IMG/VR virus record: IMGVR_UViG_3300004369_000004
Span: 1 to 64,000 of that record
Length of the DNA stretch: 64,000 nucleotides
Direction: 5' to 3' (one strand)
From: a virus
Numbering within the stretch: position 1 is the first letter of the stretch; each line of letters starts with the position of its first letter. A program made the position numbers and the translations under genes. Of the stretch, positions 1 through 9,285 are shown one piece after another. The notes under the pieces were generated by a model. The model searched no databases and was not told the DNA's origin. It saw only the letters and a list, made by a program, of their open reading frames with translations.

Positions 1-111
1 GAGAAGGAGCAGATTATGGATGTCTATTGGGATGGAGGTCAAGATATACCTACCCATCAAAACACAGTAGAAGAGTATTTTGAGAAAACCTTTAACACGA
101 AAGAAATATGA
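1..111 (+). CDS. 5'-truncated short hypothetical protein (...EKEQIMDVYWDGG...EKTFNTKEI)
   Basis: Frame 1 is open from the window edge to TGA at 109-111, which overlaps the next ATG (ATGA). It ends in the TFNTKE repeat. Not in the ORF track. Confidence 0.6.
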   Translation, partial: EKEQIMDVYWDGGQDIPTHQNTVEEYFEKTFNTKEI

Positions 112-302
112 GAACAGAAGTAAGAGACGATGGCACAATTCAACTATACCATCAACTTGAAGAAGGACTTAATGGGATTGTAATCAAAACCACAGATGGA
201 GTAGAATTTCACATCCGCCAAAGAGATTGTGGTATTTTAATTACTTGCAATGGAATAACAAAGTATATAGACGAAGAAACCTTTAACACCAAAGAGAAAT
301 GA
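108..302 (+). CDS. hypothetical protein (64 aa)
   Basis: ATGA overlaps on both sides; ends in ETFNTKEK. Confidence 0.75.
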   Translation: MRTEVRDDGTIQLYHQLEEGLNGIVIKTTDGVEFHIRQRDCGILITCNGITKYIDEETFNTKEK

Positions 303-484
303 AAGCAACAGCAGTTATGGAAAATCAAAAATACTATATAGCAGTTAAGCAAGGTATTGCTTCAGTTGTAGATGCAATGACAGCTCAGGCGTTTGAGATG
401 GACCCTTACTTTGATGGTGAGGTGTATGGACCTTACATCAGTTATGAAGAAGCTGCTAAGTATGCCAATCAGATGAATCGTTAA
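299..484 (+). CDS. hypothetical protein (61 aa)
   Basis: Translationally coupled to the upstream ORF. Confidence 0.7.
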   Translation: MKATAVMENQKYYIAVKQGIASVVDAMTAQAFEMDPYFDGEVYGPYISYEEAAKYANQMNR

Positions 485-525
485 ACCTTTAACACAAAAG
501 AGAAATAAACAACAACAAACAAACT

Positions 526-621
526 ATGACATTTATTAAAAGAGTTTTTATTCTGTTTGAGTTACTGTTAGTATTACCTTTTCTTATTTATGTAGCTTTA
601 ACTTATAATAAAACAAAATGA
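526..621 (+). CDS. small single-pass membrane peptide (31 aa, MTFIKRVFILFELLLVLPFLIYVALTYNKTK)
   Basis: A-rich leader, ATG at 526, and TGA at 619-621 overlapping the next ATG at 618. Hydrophobic core. Below the ORF-track cutoff. Confidence 0.55.
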   Translation: MTFIKRVFILFELLLVLPFLIYVALTYNKTK

Positions 622-866
622 CAGAATATACTTTTAGATTTAAAACTAAAGCTCAGCTTGATTTAGCTCAAGCTACTGGTTACATTGAAGATTATCCTAT
701 TGTAAGATTTAAAGTGACAAGTTACAGGGGACACACTGTAGACTTTGCAGTCAAAACAGAAGAAGAATATCACAAATTAAAAAAAGAATACCAGGATAGT
801 GACTTTGTCGAGGAGTTAGAGATCTATCCTGATTTTATGTACTTTGATAGAGAAGAATATGATTAA
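618..866 (+). CDS. hypothetical protein (82 aa)
   Basis: ORF in a tightly packed + strand array. Confidence 0.7.
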   Translation: MTEYTFRFKTKAQLDLAQATGYIEDYPIVRFKVTSYRGHTVDFAVKTEEEYHKLKKEYQDSDFVEELEIYPDFMYFDREEYD

Positions 867-2034
867 CAGATTAGAAGAACTATCTAGTATAGTTAAGACT
901 ATTATGTTAGAGCAGCCCTTTTATGGGCTGTTTTTGTTAAACATAAACAAAGATTTTAATGAGAAAGTGCCGACAGCAGGCGTATCTCTTGAAGGAATTA
1001 ATTATCGACTTAGCATTAATCCTAAGTTTTGGGATTCTTTATCCGATGACCATAAACAAGGTCTGGTACTACACGAAGCTCTTCACATAGTTTTTAATCA
1101 TCTTATTTTAAGAGATGATTTTCAAGACAAGTATTTAGCGAATGTTGCAATGGACTGTGAGCTCAACCAATATATAGAGCCACATCTTTTGCCTGAAGGC
1201 GCAATACTTCCTTCTACACTAGAAAAACAGTTAGGAGTAACACTAAACAAGAAGGCTGGTACACACTATTATTATAATGCTATAGCTGAAGCTCAGAAAG
1301 ATTGTAATGGTCAAGGGCAGTGTGAAGGTGGAAAAGATCTACCTGATACACTTGATGATCATGATTCTTGGGGCAATAGCGAAGATTTGTCAGAAGCTGA
1401 GAAAAAACTTATTGAGAAACAAAACGATTATCTCATCAAAGAAGCTGCTGAACAGACTATGAAATCTCGTGGTTATATACCTGGAGAGATTCAAGAAATC
1501 TATAAACGCATTACAAAACTAGAAGAAGCCAAGTTCAACTGGAAAGCTTATCTAAGACAATTTGTAAATGGTACTGTAAGATCTCACATGAAAACTTCTC
1601 GTAAGAAGATTAATCGTAGATTAGAAAAAGAGCAAGTACCTGGCAAAAAATATCTTAGAAAAATCAACATGCTAGTTGGCATTGACACTTCTGGATCAGT
1701 TAGTAATGACGAACTGCAAGAGTTTATGAACGAAATACACCATATCCATAAAAATGGAGCAGATGTAACTATCGTACAATGCGATACAGAAATTAACTCT
1801 ATTGACAAGTTCGATCCTAGAATGAACATTAATATTAAAGGTAGGGGTGGAACCTACTTTGAACCCGTTATTGAGTATTACAACAAGAATAGAAATACTC
1901 ATACATGTCTAGTTTATTTCACAGATGGAGAAGCATCTTGTGATCTTAACCCTCAAGGAAAAATGTTGTGGGTAATGTCTTCTCAATCTCAAATAAACCA
2001 GAATCTACCTGGACCTAAAATCAAATTAAATTAA
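844..2034 (+). CDS. DUF2201-type metallopeptidase-like plus vWA domain protein
   Basis: N-terminal HEALH (HExxH); C-terminal MIDAS DTSGS, GRGGT and YFTDG motifs; adjacent to an AAA ATPase. Confidence 0.85.
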   Translation: MIEKNMINRLEELSSIVKTIMLEQPFYGLFLLNINKDFNEKVPTAGVSLEGINYRLSINPKFWDSLSDDHKQGLVLHEALHIVFNHLILRDDFQDKYLANVAMDCELNQYIEPHLLPEGAILPSTLEKQLGVTLNKKAGTHYYYNAIAEAQKDCNGQGQCEGGKDLPDTLDDHDSWGNSEDLSEAEKKLIEKQNDYLIKEAAEQTMKSRGYIPGEIQEIYKRITKLEEAKFNWKAYLRQFVNGTVRSHMKTSRKKINRRLEKEQVPGKKYLRKINMLVGIDTSGSVSNDELQEFMNEIHHIHKNGADVTIVQCDTEINSIDKFDPRMNINIKGRGGTYFEPVIEYYNKNRNTHTCLVYFTDGEASCDLNPQGKMLWVMSSQSQINQNLPGPKIKLN

Positions 2035-2039
2035 ATCAC

Positions 2040-3227
2040 ATGGCACAAGTAAGTTTAAATACCGCAGAATTAAAAACATTCGTAAAGCAAATCATCGAAA
2101 ACAATCGTTACATTCAAGAAAAAGGCATGGTACCCGTAGCAGTTAATGTTGAGGGTGATCACGGCTTGGGTAAAACCACTGTTATTAGTCAGATCGCACA
2201 AGAAGAAGGTCTTGACTTTGTTAAAATTAACGTAGCTCAGCTTGACGAGCTTTCTGACTTGGTTGGTTTTCCTCTTAAAGAATTCCAAATCAGTAAATCA
2301 TATGATGGAGTAATAAAGACTAAATGGGTTACAGAAATGGAAGCTGAGAGAGCTATTAAAGATAGTTCTGTTAGACTGACTGGTCTTAAGCGCACTTCTT
2401 ATGCTCCGCCAGAGTGGATTTCTGCTAAAGGTAACGGTGGTATCTTGTTGCTTGACGACTATACTCGTGGTAGCCAAATCATGATGCAGGCTTGCATGGA
2501 TTTGATTTATACACAAGAGTACTATTCTTGGAAGTTGCCACAAGATTGGCATATCATTCTGACTACTAACCCAGATAACGGAGATTATCAAGTTACTTCT
2601 ATGGACGAAGCTCAAAAGACTCGTTTCATTTCTTGTAAGTTGAAGTTTGATGTAGACTGTTGGGCTAAGTGGGCTGAGGAGACTTCTATAGACAATCGTT
2701 GTATCAACTTTGTTCTTAAGCACCCTGAGCTAATAGGAGATAAAACTAATCCTCGTTCTATGACTACATTCTTTAACTCTATTTCTGGATTTGAGAACTT
2801 TGCAGACCACTTGCCTATTGTTCAAATGATCGGTGAAGGTAGTATTGGACCAGAAGCAACTACTCTGTTTACTACGTTTATTCATAATAAGCTAGACCAA
2901 TTGCCTCATCCAAGCGAAATCATGGAAAATAAGATTAATGCGGAGACATGCGTCCAGAGATTGACTGATGTTATTGGACACGGAGATTCTTATCGAGCAG
3001 ACATTGCTAGCATATTGACTACTCGTATTATCAACTATAGTGTAAATTTCTCTAAAAGCAATCCAATTGACGACAAGTATCTTGAGAAAGTAGAAAAGAT
3101 TACTACATCAGATGCTTTAACAATTGACTTGAAGTATATGTTCATTAGAAACATTATGAAAGATGCTAAGCGCAAGTTTCAAAAACTATTGTTGAAAGAA
3201 GATATCCTAGAACTAACAAGTAAATAA
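2040..3227 (+). CDS. MoxR-like AAA+ ATPase
   Basis: Walker A GDHGLGKT, Walker B LLLDD, sensor TTNP, arginine finger TRF; paired with the vWA gene. Confidence 0.85.
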   Translation: MAQVSLNTAELKTFVKQIIENNRYIQEKGMVPVAVNVEGDHGLGKTTVISQIAQEEGLDFVKINVAQLDELSDLVGFPLKEFQISKSYDGVIKTKWVTEMEAERAIKDSSVRLTGLKRTSYAPPEWISAKGNGGILLLDDYTRGSQIMMQACMDLIYTQEYYSWKLPQDWHIILTTNPDNGDYQVTSMDEAQKTRFISCKLKFDVDCWAKWAEETSIDNRCINFVLKHPELIGDKTNPRSMTTFFNSISGFENFADHLPIVQMIGEGSIGPEATTLFTTFIHNKLDQLPHPSEIMENKINAETCVQRLTDVIGHGDSYRADIASILTTRIINYSVNFSKSNPIDDKYLEKVEKITTSDALTIDLKYMFIRNIMKDAKRKFQKLLLKEDILELTSK

Positions 3228-3228
3228 T

Positions 3229-4560
3229 ATGAAAAAGACACAATTTTTTAAAATATCTCTAGAGCCAAACTTTCATAATAATTATATGTCTATTAGAGAC
3301 CATTATTATGGAATAAGATCTTCTCAATGGGGATCTACGTTAGAATCAGGATTGAAAAAAATACTTCCTAATCCTGGAAATGATATAGAAGAGTTATTTG
3401 CTAATAACTTGTCAAATATGTTTGTTATTTCTACTCAAAAATATTTTACAGACGTTGATAACATAGAAAAGATTAATATTATCTCTAGAGATTTAGTTGC
3501 AGGCGATCAAGTATATTTTCATCCAGACGTAAGTCTTCCTAGATTCAAGTTTAAAGATATGGGAGATAAAGTAGGATTTAAAGTAAAAAGATCTTACGAA
3601 GATGCTAATGTCTTAGTTCTTGATGCTACAGCTTTGAAAAAGTCTGCAAATAGATTAGACTGGAGAGAAAGAAGTGCCAAAACATATCATTATGAAGAAT
3701 TGAAAGCTCAGTTAAACGATTATAAAATAGATATTGACGGACTATTTTCTCAAGAGCAACTAGATTATATAAATAATCTTGCGGAAAGTGAACGTTATAT
3801 TATTCACATGGATCATAAGGTAGAAGATTTATTATATAATTCTTCTAGTGCTGATCTTAGTAATGATACTTCTAAAACTTCATATGATTTATACAGTTGG
3901 CTTTCTTTGTCAAAATGTGTTGATTACGATAGAACAAACAATAGAAGTTATTTTGATTTAATACATCACTTTATAGAAAATAATAAAGAGATTATAGAAA
4001 CTTCTGTTGTTATGACTCAAGTTACTCCTAAAACTTCTTTGACGGAAAAGATGTTTGCAAGGCTAAGTCAAATGCTTTCTAGCGGAGTAGATGCTGATGT
4101 AAGTTTGGCTATGGAAACTATCACTAATCTAGACATAGAAAGTGACTTTTATAAGCTAATGAAGTTGCTTAATCAGCATAAAGATACTATTCGTTGGCAT
4201 TCTGCTTATAAACAAGTTAACTTCAAAGGTTTTAGAACAAGTCTTGATTCATATATATGTACTATTAAAAACAGCTCTGTACGTAACTACACAGACTTTT
4301 TATTTGAGACCAGTCTTGATTGGCATAACTACTTAGAAATTTTAGGTCAAACAGGTAATCTTAAAGAAGAACATTTAGTTGACATACTTCCTATGTATAA
4401 ACAAATGCTAAAGTCAAATGTAATGTACTTTGATCGCTTTTTTCAGATTAAATCAATTCAGCTTTCAGACTATACTAAAGAACTTTTAGAACATGGGAAA
4501 AAGAAAGAACTTGATAAAATAGAAGAAAATGCAGTCCAAGAATCAGAGACTGGAATTTGA
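3229..4560 (+). CDS. hypothetical protein (443 aa)
   Basis: Long ORF 1 bp after the ATPase; no motif recognised. Confidence 0.8.
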   Translation: MKKTQFFKISLEPNFHNNYMSIRDHYYGIRSSQWGSTLESGLKKILPNPGNDIEELFANNLSNMFVISTQKYFTDVDNIEKINIISRDLVAGDQVYFHPDVSLPRFKFKDMGDKVGFKVKRSYEDANVLVLDATALKKSANRLDWRERSAKTYHYEELKAQLNDYKIDIDGLFSQEQLDYINNLAESERYIIHMDHKVEDLLYNSSSADLSNDTSKTSYDLYSWLSLSKCVDYDRTNNRSYFDLIHHFIENNKEIIETSVVMTQVTPKTSLTEKMFARLSQMLSSGVDADVSLAMETITNLDIESDFYKLMKLLNQHKDTIRWHSAYKQVNFKGFRTSLDSYICTIKNSSVRNYTDFLFETSLDWHNYLEILGQTGNLKEEHLVDILPMYKQMLKSNVMYFDRFFQIKSIQLSDYTKELLEHGKKKELDKIEENAVQESETGI

Positions 4561-4738
4561 GGAATACGGGGAGTCTCTGTATAGCACAGATTACTATTTT
4601 AGTTGTAAAAAAAACTACGACTTGTCAGAGAATTTTGCTATATTTGAACCCCCCGTTTCTGAAAATAAATCAGGAACAATAGAGGAGAATAAAACTAACC
4701 TAGAGAAAAAAGCAAGATATGAAGAAAACTTTTTATGA
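4529..4738 (+). CDS. possible hypothetical protein (69 aa)
   Basis: Fills the gap but overlaps both neighbours, so it may be spurious. Confidence 0.35.
   Translation: MQSKNQRLEFEEYGESLYSTDYYFSCKKNYDLSENFAIFEPPVSENKSGTIEENKTNLEKKARYEENFL
4639..4646 (+). promoter_or_regulatory. possible Bacteroidota -7 promoter element (TATATTTG) upstream of the replication genes
   Basis: Matches TAnnTTTG, but there is no TTG at N19 spacing. Confidence 0.35.
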
Positions 4739-5288
4739 AATTTTATGGGAGCTATGTGATCATTGTGGCCTTATAGAAGAGTGGAAAGAGTCAGGAGTTC
4801 TATTGCATTCAAATTCAAGATTTGCATGGAGTCCTCTGGTTAACACTGTTTTAGGCACAGACGCAGAAATTGTAGGTAAACTTAAAGACGATACTAAAGA
4901 ACTTGAAGACTACGACAAGAATCTTAGATCTAAAACTAAAACTAGAAAAACCTACGAAGAGCCTATAGATTGGATTGATAAGTTTAGAGACAAATTCTCT
5001 TCTAAAAACTTAGGAGTCACTGGTAAGACTACTGATGTCAAAACAGTCACTAAGAAGATGAACATGTTTTTAGAAGATTACGATTACACACAAGAAGAGA
5101 TTCTTGGTGCAACAGATCTATACATCAAAACACTGAAGAACAGTGGTTCTATAAACTATGTAAGGGGTTGTGGCTATTTCATTTCTAAAAAGATTGATGG
5201 AATCAATCAAAGTGATTTAGCAGCCTACTGTGAGCTGTACCGTAATGGTGAAGACAGCAAAGGTTATAACTCTAGAACTATTTTATAA
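4719..5288 (+). CDS. hypothetical protein, possibly a replication initiator or helicase loader
   Basis: Clear ORF. The function is inferred only from its position directly upstream of DnaB. Confidence 0.5.
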   Translation: MKKTFYEILWELCDHCGLIEEWKESGVLLHSNSRFAWSPLVNTVLGTDAEIVGKLKDDTKELEDYDKNLRSKTKTRKTYEEPIDWIDKFRDKFSSKNLGVTGKTTDVKTVTKKMNMFLEDYDYTQEEILGATDLYIKTLKNSGSINYVRGCGYFISKKIDGINQSDLAAYCELYRNGEDSKGYNSRTIL

Positions 5289-5304
5289 ACCACTGTAATT
5301 CAAT

Positions 5305-6405
5305 ATGTTAAGTTTTGATGATATAATCTCAGGGATTGAGAAGAATAAACTGATTAAAGAATCAGGAGGTATTACCTCTATTCTTCCTCCTTTCTCTAGA
5401 CTTGCTGAAAAATATGGAGGTTTTACACGAGGATCGATTACAGCTATTACAGCTGGTTCTGGTGTAGGTAAAACAAAGTTTGTTAAATACATGACCGTGT
5501 TTAACGTCTTTATGCAGATTCGTCAAAGCTCTATCAAACCCAAGATCTTTTACTTTGCATTGGAAGAAAGTGAAACAGACTTTTGGCTTTCTTTTATTTC
5601 AATGTACATAGCTCTTAAGTATAATGAGTCTATTAGTGTGTCAGAGCTAAAATCTATTGGCTCCTACACAGTAAACAATGAAACTTTTGCAAAAGTAAAA
5701 GAAGCAGAGAAGTTTATTAGGACTCTACAAGACTATGTAGAAGTCATTGATTATATCCGTAATCCTACGGGAATCAAAAAGCACATCAAAAATTATTTCG
5801 ACAATCCTAATATAGGAGAATACGTTACAACAAAAGAGGATGATGCTTATGTACCTATTGGTTATAGATACAAATCAGATGATACTTGGGTATTCTTTGT
5901 ACTAGACCACGTAAGCTTGCTTTCTAACGAGTTTATGTCTGCAACTAAAAAGCGTCTCTCTAGTTATGAGACAATTGATTATATGGTCAAGGACATCACA
6001 CTAGACTTGTTTTCTAAGAAATTTAAAATGGCTAACATCATTGTTCACCAACAAACCCCAGCTTCAGAAAAAGCACAATACACTAGTAAGGGTTCATTGG
6101 TAGAAGAAAGATTAGAGCCTTCTTTAGAAGAGTTACACTTAAACAAAGGTGTACAACAAGACTATGAAATTGTTCTTGGATTATTTAATCCAAGTCGTTA
6201 CAACATAGAGACACATAATAACTACGATATCTCTATTCTAGGATCAAAGTACAGGTCCCTTAGTTTCTTAAAAGATAGACACTACGGACTTGAGAATGGA
6301 TCTATAGGGTTGCACTTTAATGGTGCAACAGGAATATACCGTGAGTTACCTAGACCAGAAGAAATGTCGAATCCGACTAAAAGATATTATGAGCAATTTA
6401 AATAA
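5305..6405 (+). CDS. dnaB: DnaB-like (SF4) replicative helicase
   Basis: Walker A AGSGVGKT, FALEE, Walker B VLDH, HQ motif, and LKDRHYG (KxR); no intein. Confidence 0.8.
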   Translation: MLSFDDIISGIEKNKLIKESGGITSILPPFSRLAEKYGGFTRGSITAITAGSGVGKTKFVKYMTVFNVFMQIRQSSIKPKIFYFALEESETDFWLSFISMYIALKYNESISVSELKSIGSYTVNNETFAKVKEAEKFIRTLQDYVEVIDYIRNPTGIKKHIKNYFDNPNIGEYVTTKEDDAYVPIGYRYKSDDTWVFFVLDHVSLLSNEFMSATKKRLSSYETIDYMVKDITLDLFSKKFKMANIIVHQQTPASEKAQYTSKGSLVEERLEPSLEELHLNKGVQQDYEIVLGLFNPSRYNIETHNNYDISILGSKYRSLSFLKDRHYGLENGSIGLHFNGATGIYRELPRPEEMSNPTKRYYEQFK

Positions 6406-6673
6406 TAAACACAGTAAAGAGATTTTCGAAGAAATGTGCAAGAGAGTTAATTTGGATTACTCATCTATAGATTTTTTTAAGAAAGATTGGTATGACGAAA
6501 ATAAGTGGACAGTTGATGAAGGACTCAAGTTCACTAATTGGCTCAAACAATACTTACAAGAAAATCCAAAAGCGATTACCGAACTAAATGAAATAGGTTT
6601 AAAGAAAGACACTCCTGAGGAGATGGCTAGATACTTTACCGCATTCTTTGGTTGGGACTACTATAACGAATAA
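6389..6673 (+). CDS. hypothetical protein (about 94 aa; likely start 6389 rather than 6320)
   Basis: ATG at 6389 minimises overlap with dnaB. Confidence 0.65.
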   Translation: MSNLNNKHSKEIFEEMCKRVNLDYSSIDFFKKDWYDENKWTVDEGLKFTNWLKQYLQENPKAITELNEIGLKKDTPEEMARYFTAFFGWDYYNE

Positions 6674-6687
6674 AAAAAAATAAAAAT

Positions 6688-7371
6688 ATGTCAAGTAAAT
6701 TAATTGCAATCGTAGGGCCTAGCGGCTCAGGAAAATCAACATCAATCAAAGGGTTGAATCCAGAAGAAACTTTCATCATCAATGTAGCTCGTAAGGAATT
6801 ACCTTTCAGAGGTGCAGAGAAAATGTACAACAAAGACAAAAAGAATTACATGGAGGTAGATGACCTTCAGCAAATTACTGCTTTGTTGGGTAGCATTAAT
6901 GAGAAAGCACCACACATTAAAAACATTATAATGGATGATGCTATCTACTCAATGTCATTTATGATGATGAAAAAAGCTAACGAGTCAGGTTATGCTAAGT
7001 TCACAAATCTTGCAAAAGATGTGACAAACTTGCTAACTACTGCTCGTAGACTTCGTGATGATCTTAAAGTATTCTATCTAACTCACTCAGAAAACATCGA
7101 GGATGAAGGTAGAATTGTAGGTCAGAAGATTAAAACCATTGGTAAAATGTTGGACAATCAAGTTGTTTTAGAAGGTTTGTTTTCAATTGTCCTCTATACT
7201 CATGTGGAAGAAGATAAGGATAACAATGCGACTTTTCATTTTGTAACAAACCGCTGGAGAAACTATCCTGCCAAGTCACCTATGGGCATGTTTGATGACA
7301 TCTTAATTAATAATGATCTTAAAGAAGTTTGTGAGATCATTAACAACTATTACACCGCAGACGTAAACTAA
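6688..7371 (+). CDS. AAA_24 / Sak4-like phage ATPase (recombination-associated)
   Basis: GPSGSGKST Walker A, IIMDD Walker B, KTIGKMLD and AKSPMGMF motifs; followed by an SSB-like gene. Confidence 0.75.
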   Translation: MSSKLIAIVGPSGSGKSTSIKGLNPEETFIINVARKELPFRGAEKMYNKDKKNYMEVDDLQQITALLGSINEKAPHIKNIIMDDAIYSMSFMMMKKANESGYAKFTNLAKDVTNLLTTARRLRDDLKVFYLTHSENIEDEGRIVGQKIKTIGKMLDNQVVLEGLFSIVLYTHVEEDKDNNATFHFVTNRWRNYPAKSPMGMFDDILINNDLKEVCEIINNYYTADVN

Positions 7372-7401
7372 AACTAATTAACATTTTAAAAATTAAGAAT
7401 C

Positions 7402-8241
7402 ATGGATTTAAATAACCTAGAACAAAGAGAAGCTTCAAGTCGCAAACTATACACTGGTTTTGCGCCAATTCAAATCATTGCTGTTAACCCAAACGTTAAC
7501 AAACTAAAGTCAATTTTAAACTCAGAGGATGTTAAAGAACCTGAGTATGTTGGAGAAGAAAATACTAGACTCGATTTCTGGTATAAGAATCACCCTAGCT
7601 TTGAAACTGAATTGAGAGGTAAGTTTTCTATTTGGATTTCTAATAAAACTCGTGAATCACAGACAGGTAAGATTCAATACATTGATGATTACTCTAGAAC
7701 TGTATGGGCTGAAAGTCTTGGTATGGTAGAATCAGTTACTAGTAACTGGTCTGTTAAACCAGATAAGAAAAGTCTAAGAGAAGCTAAAGAAGGGGAAGAG
7801 CGTGTCTATAATCTCTTGAAGATCTATGGTAACATTAACCCTCAAAATCAAATGTTTAAGTTAGATGACTGGAATTCTTTGGTAAGAGGTAATGGCTCTG
7901 AACTAGAAGACTTCTTTGCATTCTTTAATCAGAACATGGCAGGTGTTAAAGTCTTGATGGGTATCAAAGATGCCAAGTATCAAGATGTTTACACTAATAA
8001 GTTCTTGGGACTATATGGCCGTGTAACTGATCGTGTAGAGAAGGAAATCACAGGAGACTATGGTTATAAGCAGTTTTATAACAATAGCTTTGAATTCAAA
8101 GAATTTGACTCTGACTCAATTCCAACTGAAGGAGAGATTGAAACCTCTGGCTCTGAAGCAGCTGACATGTTTGCGGAGAACTCAAGTGCAACTGCACCAG
8201 CTCCCGCAACAGCAAATGATAATCCATTCCTGGACTTCTAA
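7402..8241 (+). CDS. single-stranded DNA-binding protein (putative)
   Basis: Acidic flexible tail ending DNPFLDF; located between the Sak4-like ATPase and the primase. Confidence 0.6.
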   Translation: MDLNNLEQREASSRKLYTGFAPIQIIAVNPNVNKLKSILNSEDVKEPEYVGEENTRLDFWYKNHPSFETELRGKFSIWISNKTRESQTGKIQYIDDYSRTVWAESLGMVESVTSNWSVKPDKKSLREAKEGEERVYNLLKIYGNINPQNQMFKLDDWNSLVRGNGSELEDFFAFFNQNMAGVKVLMGIKDAKYQDVYTNKFLGLYGRVTDRVEKEITGDYGYKQFYNNSFEFKEFDSDSIPTEGEIETSGSEAADMFAENSSATAPAPATANDNPFLDF

Positions 8242-8257
8242 CCAACCAATAAATATC

Positions 8258-8288
8258 GGGGGAGACTAAGTTCTCCCCCTTTATTTTT
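8258..8288 (+). terminator. Rho-independent terminator
   Basis: GGGGGAGA-ctaagt-TCTCCCCC followed by TTTATTTTT. Confidence 0.85.
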
Positions 8289-8302
8289 AATATCAATTAT
8301 TT

Positions 8303-9283
8303 ATGAATCTATTTAATTTAGAATATGATGTTACTCTAGAAGAGATATTGAAAAGTGTATCAGAAGAACAAATCTTCTCTTACTATATGAATATTGATGT
8401 TAACTTTAAAAAGAAGTACACCAACCCATTTAGAGATGATACTCATCCTAATTGCTTTTTTAAAGTTTCTAAGTCTGGTATACTGTATTTTGTAGACTAC
8501 GGTTACCCTGATAATAGCTACCTGAATGCTGTAGAGGTTGTTATGATGCGACATGGCTGTAGTTATAAAAAAGCATTAAGTCATATCAAGACAGATTTGC
8601 TTTGCAACTTTGCAGCAAACTCCAAGCAGATTATTCAAAAGACTGTTATTAACAAAGAAGCATTTAACACTTCCAGTACAGAAATTAAGATTAGTCTTAC
8701 TAAGTTTAAGCAATCAGACGTAGATTATTGGGAATCTTTTGGGGTAACTAAGGAAACGTTAAAAAGATACAATGTTCGAAAAGTAGATAAAGTCTGGATA
8801 AATGATAGACTTTGGTATTTATACAATGATCTTGATCCTTGTTATCGTTACAAAGAAAAGAACCGATTTAAGCTATATCGTCCTCTTACTACTAAGAAGA
8901 ATAAGTTTAGATCCAATCTCTATGGCGGAATTCTCGAAGGTTACACGCAGTTACCTCAGTCAGGTAACACTCTCATCATAACTAAAAGCTCTAAAGATGT
9001 AATGACTTTAGCTTCTCTCGGCTTTAACGCTGTCGCTGTTCGCAGTGAGAGTACGCCTTTATCGGAAAATGCCTATAATATATTGAAAGAAAGATTCAAG
9101 AAGATTTTCTTATGGTTTGATCCAGACAACGCAGGAGTAGCAGGTGCATCAAAAATGAGTGAGAAGTATAATCTACCCATGTTTACTCATGATATCTCTT
9201 TTGGCAAAGACGCAAGTGATATCTACAAAAACAAAGGAAAGACCTTCTTAGTTAAATTAATTAAAGACCAACTAAAAAAATAA
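8303..9283 (+). CDS. DNA primase (TOPRIM, crAss-like)
   Basis: N-terminal NPFRDDTHP region, IITKSSKDVM, and the WFDPDNAG (DxD) and KDASD TOPRIM motifs. Confidence 0.8.
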   Translation: MNLFNLEYDVTLEEILKSVSEEQIFSYYMNIDVNFKKKYTNPFRDDTHPNCFFKVSKSGILYFVDYGYPDNSYLNAVEVVMMRHGCSYKKALSHIKTDLLCNFAANSKQIIQKTVINKEAFNTSSTEIKISLTKFKQSDVDYWESFGVTKETLKRYNVRKVDKVWINDRLWYLYNDLDPCYRYKEKNRFKLYRPLTTKKNKFRSNLYGGILEGYTQLPQSGNTLIITKSSKDVMTLASLGFNAVAVRSESTPLSENAYNILKERFKKIFLWFDPDNAGVAGASKMSEKYNLPMFTHDISFGKDASDIYKNKGKTFLVKLIKDQLKK

Positions 9284-9285
9284 AT

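Larger units (their letters stand above)
86..506 (+). repeat. Three dispersed copies of AAACCTTTAACACNAAAGARA at gene ends (86-106, 277-297, 483-503)
   Basis: Read directly from the sequence. Each copy lies at or just after the end of a short ORF. Confidence 0.9.

Noticed and set aside
86-506. CRISPR array interpretation of the 21-bp repeats
   Set aside because: The spacers are about 170-185 bp protein-coding ORFs, the repeat is not palindromic, and there are no cas genes.
6320-6388. Longer start for the 6320-6673 ORF
   Set aside because: It would overlap dnaB by 86 bp; ATG 6389 is more plausible.
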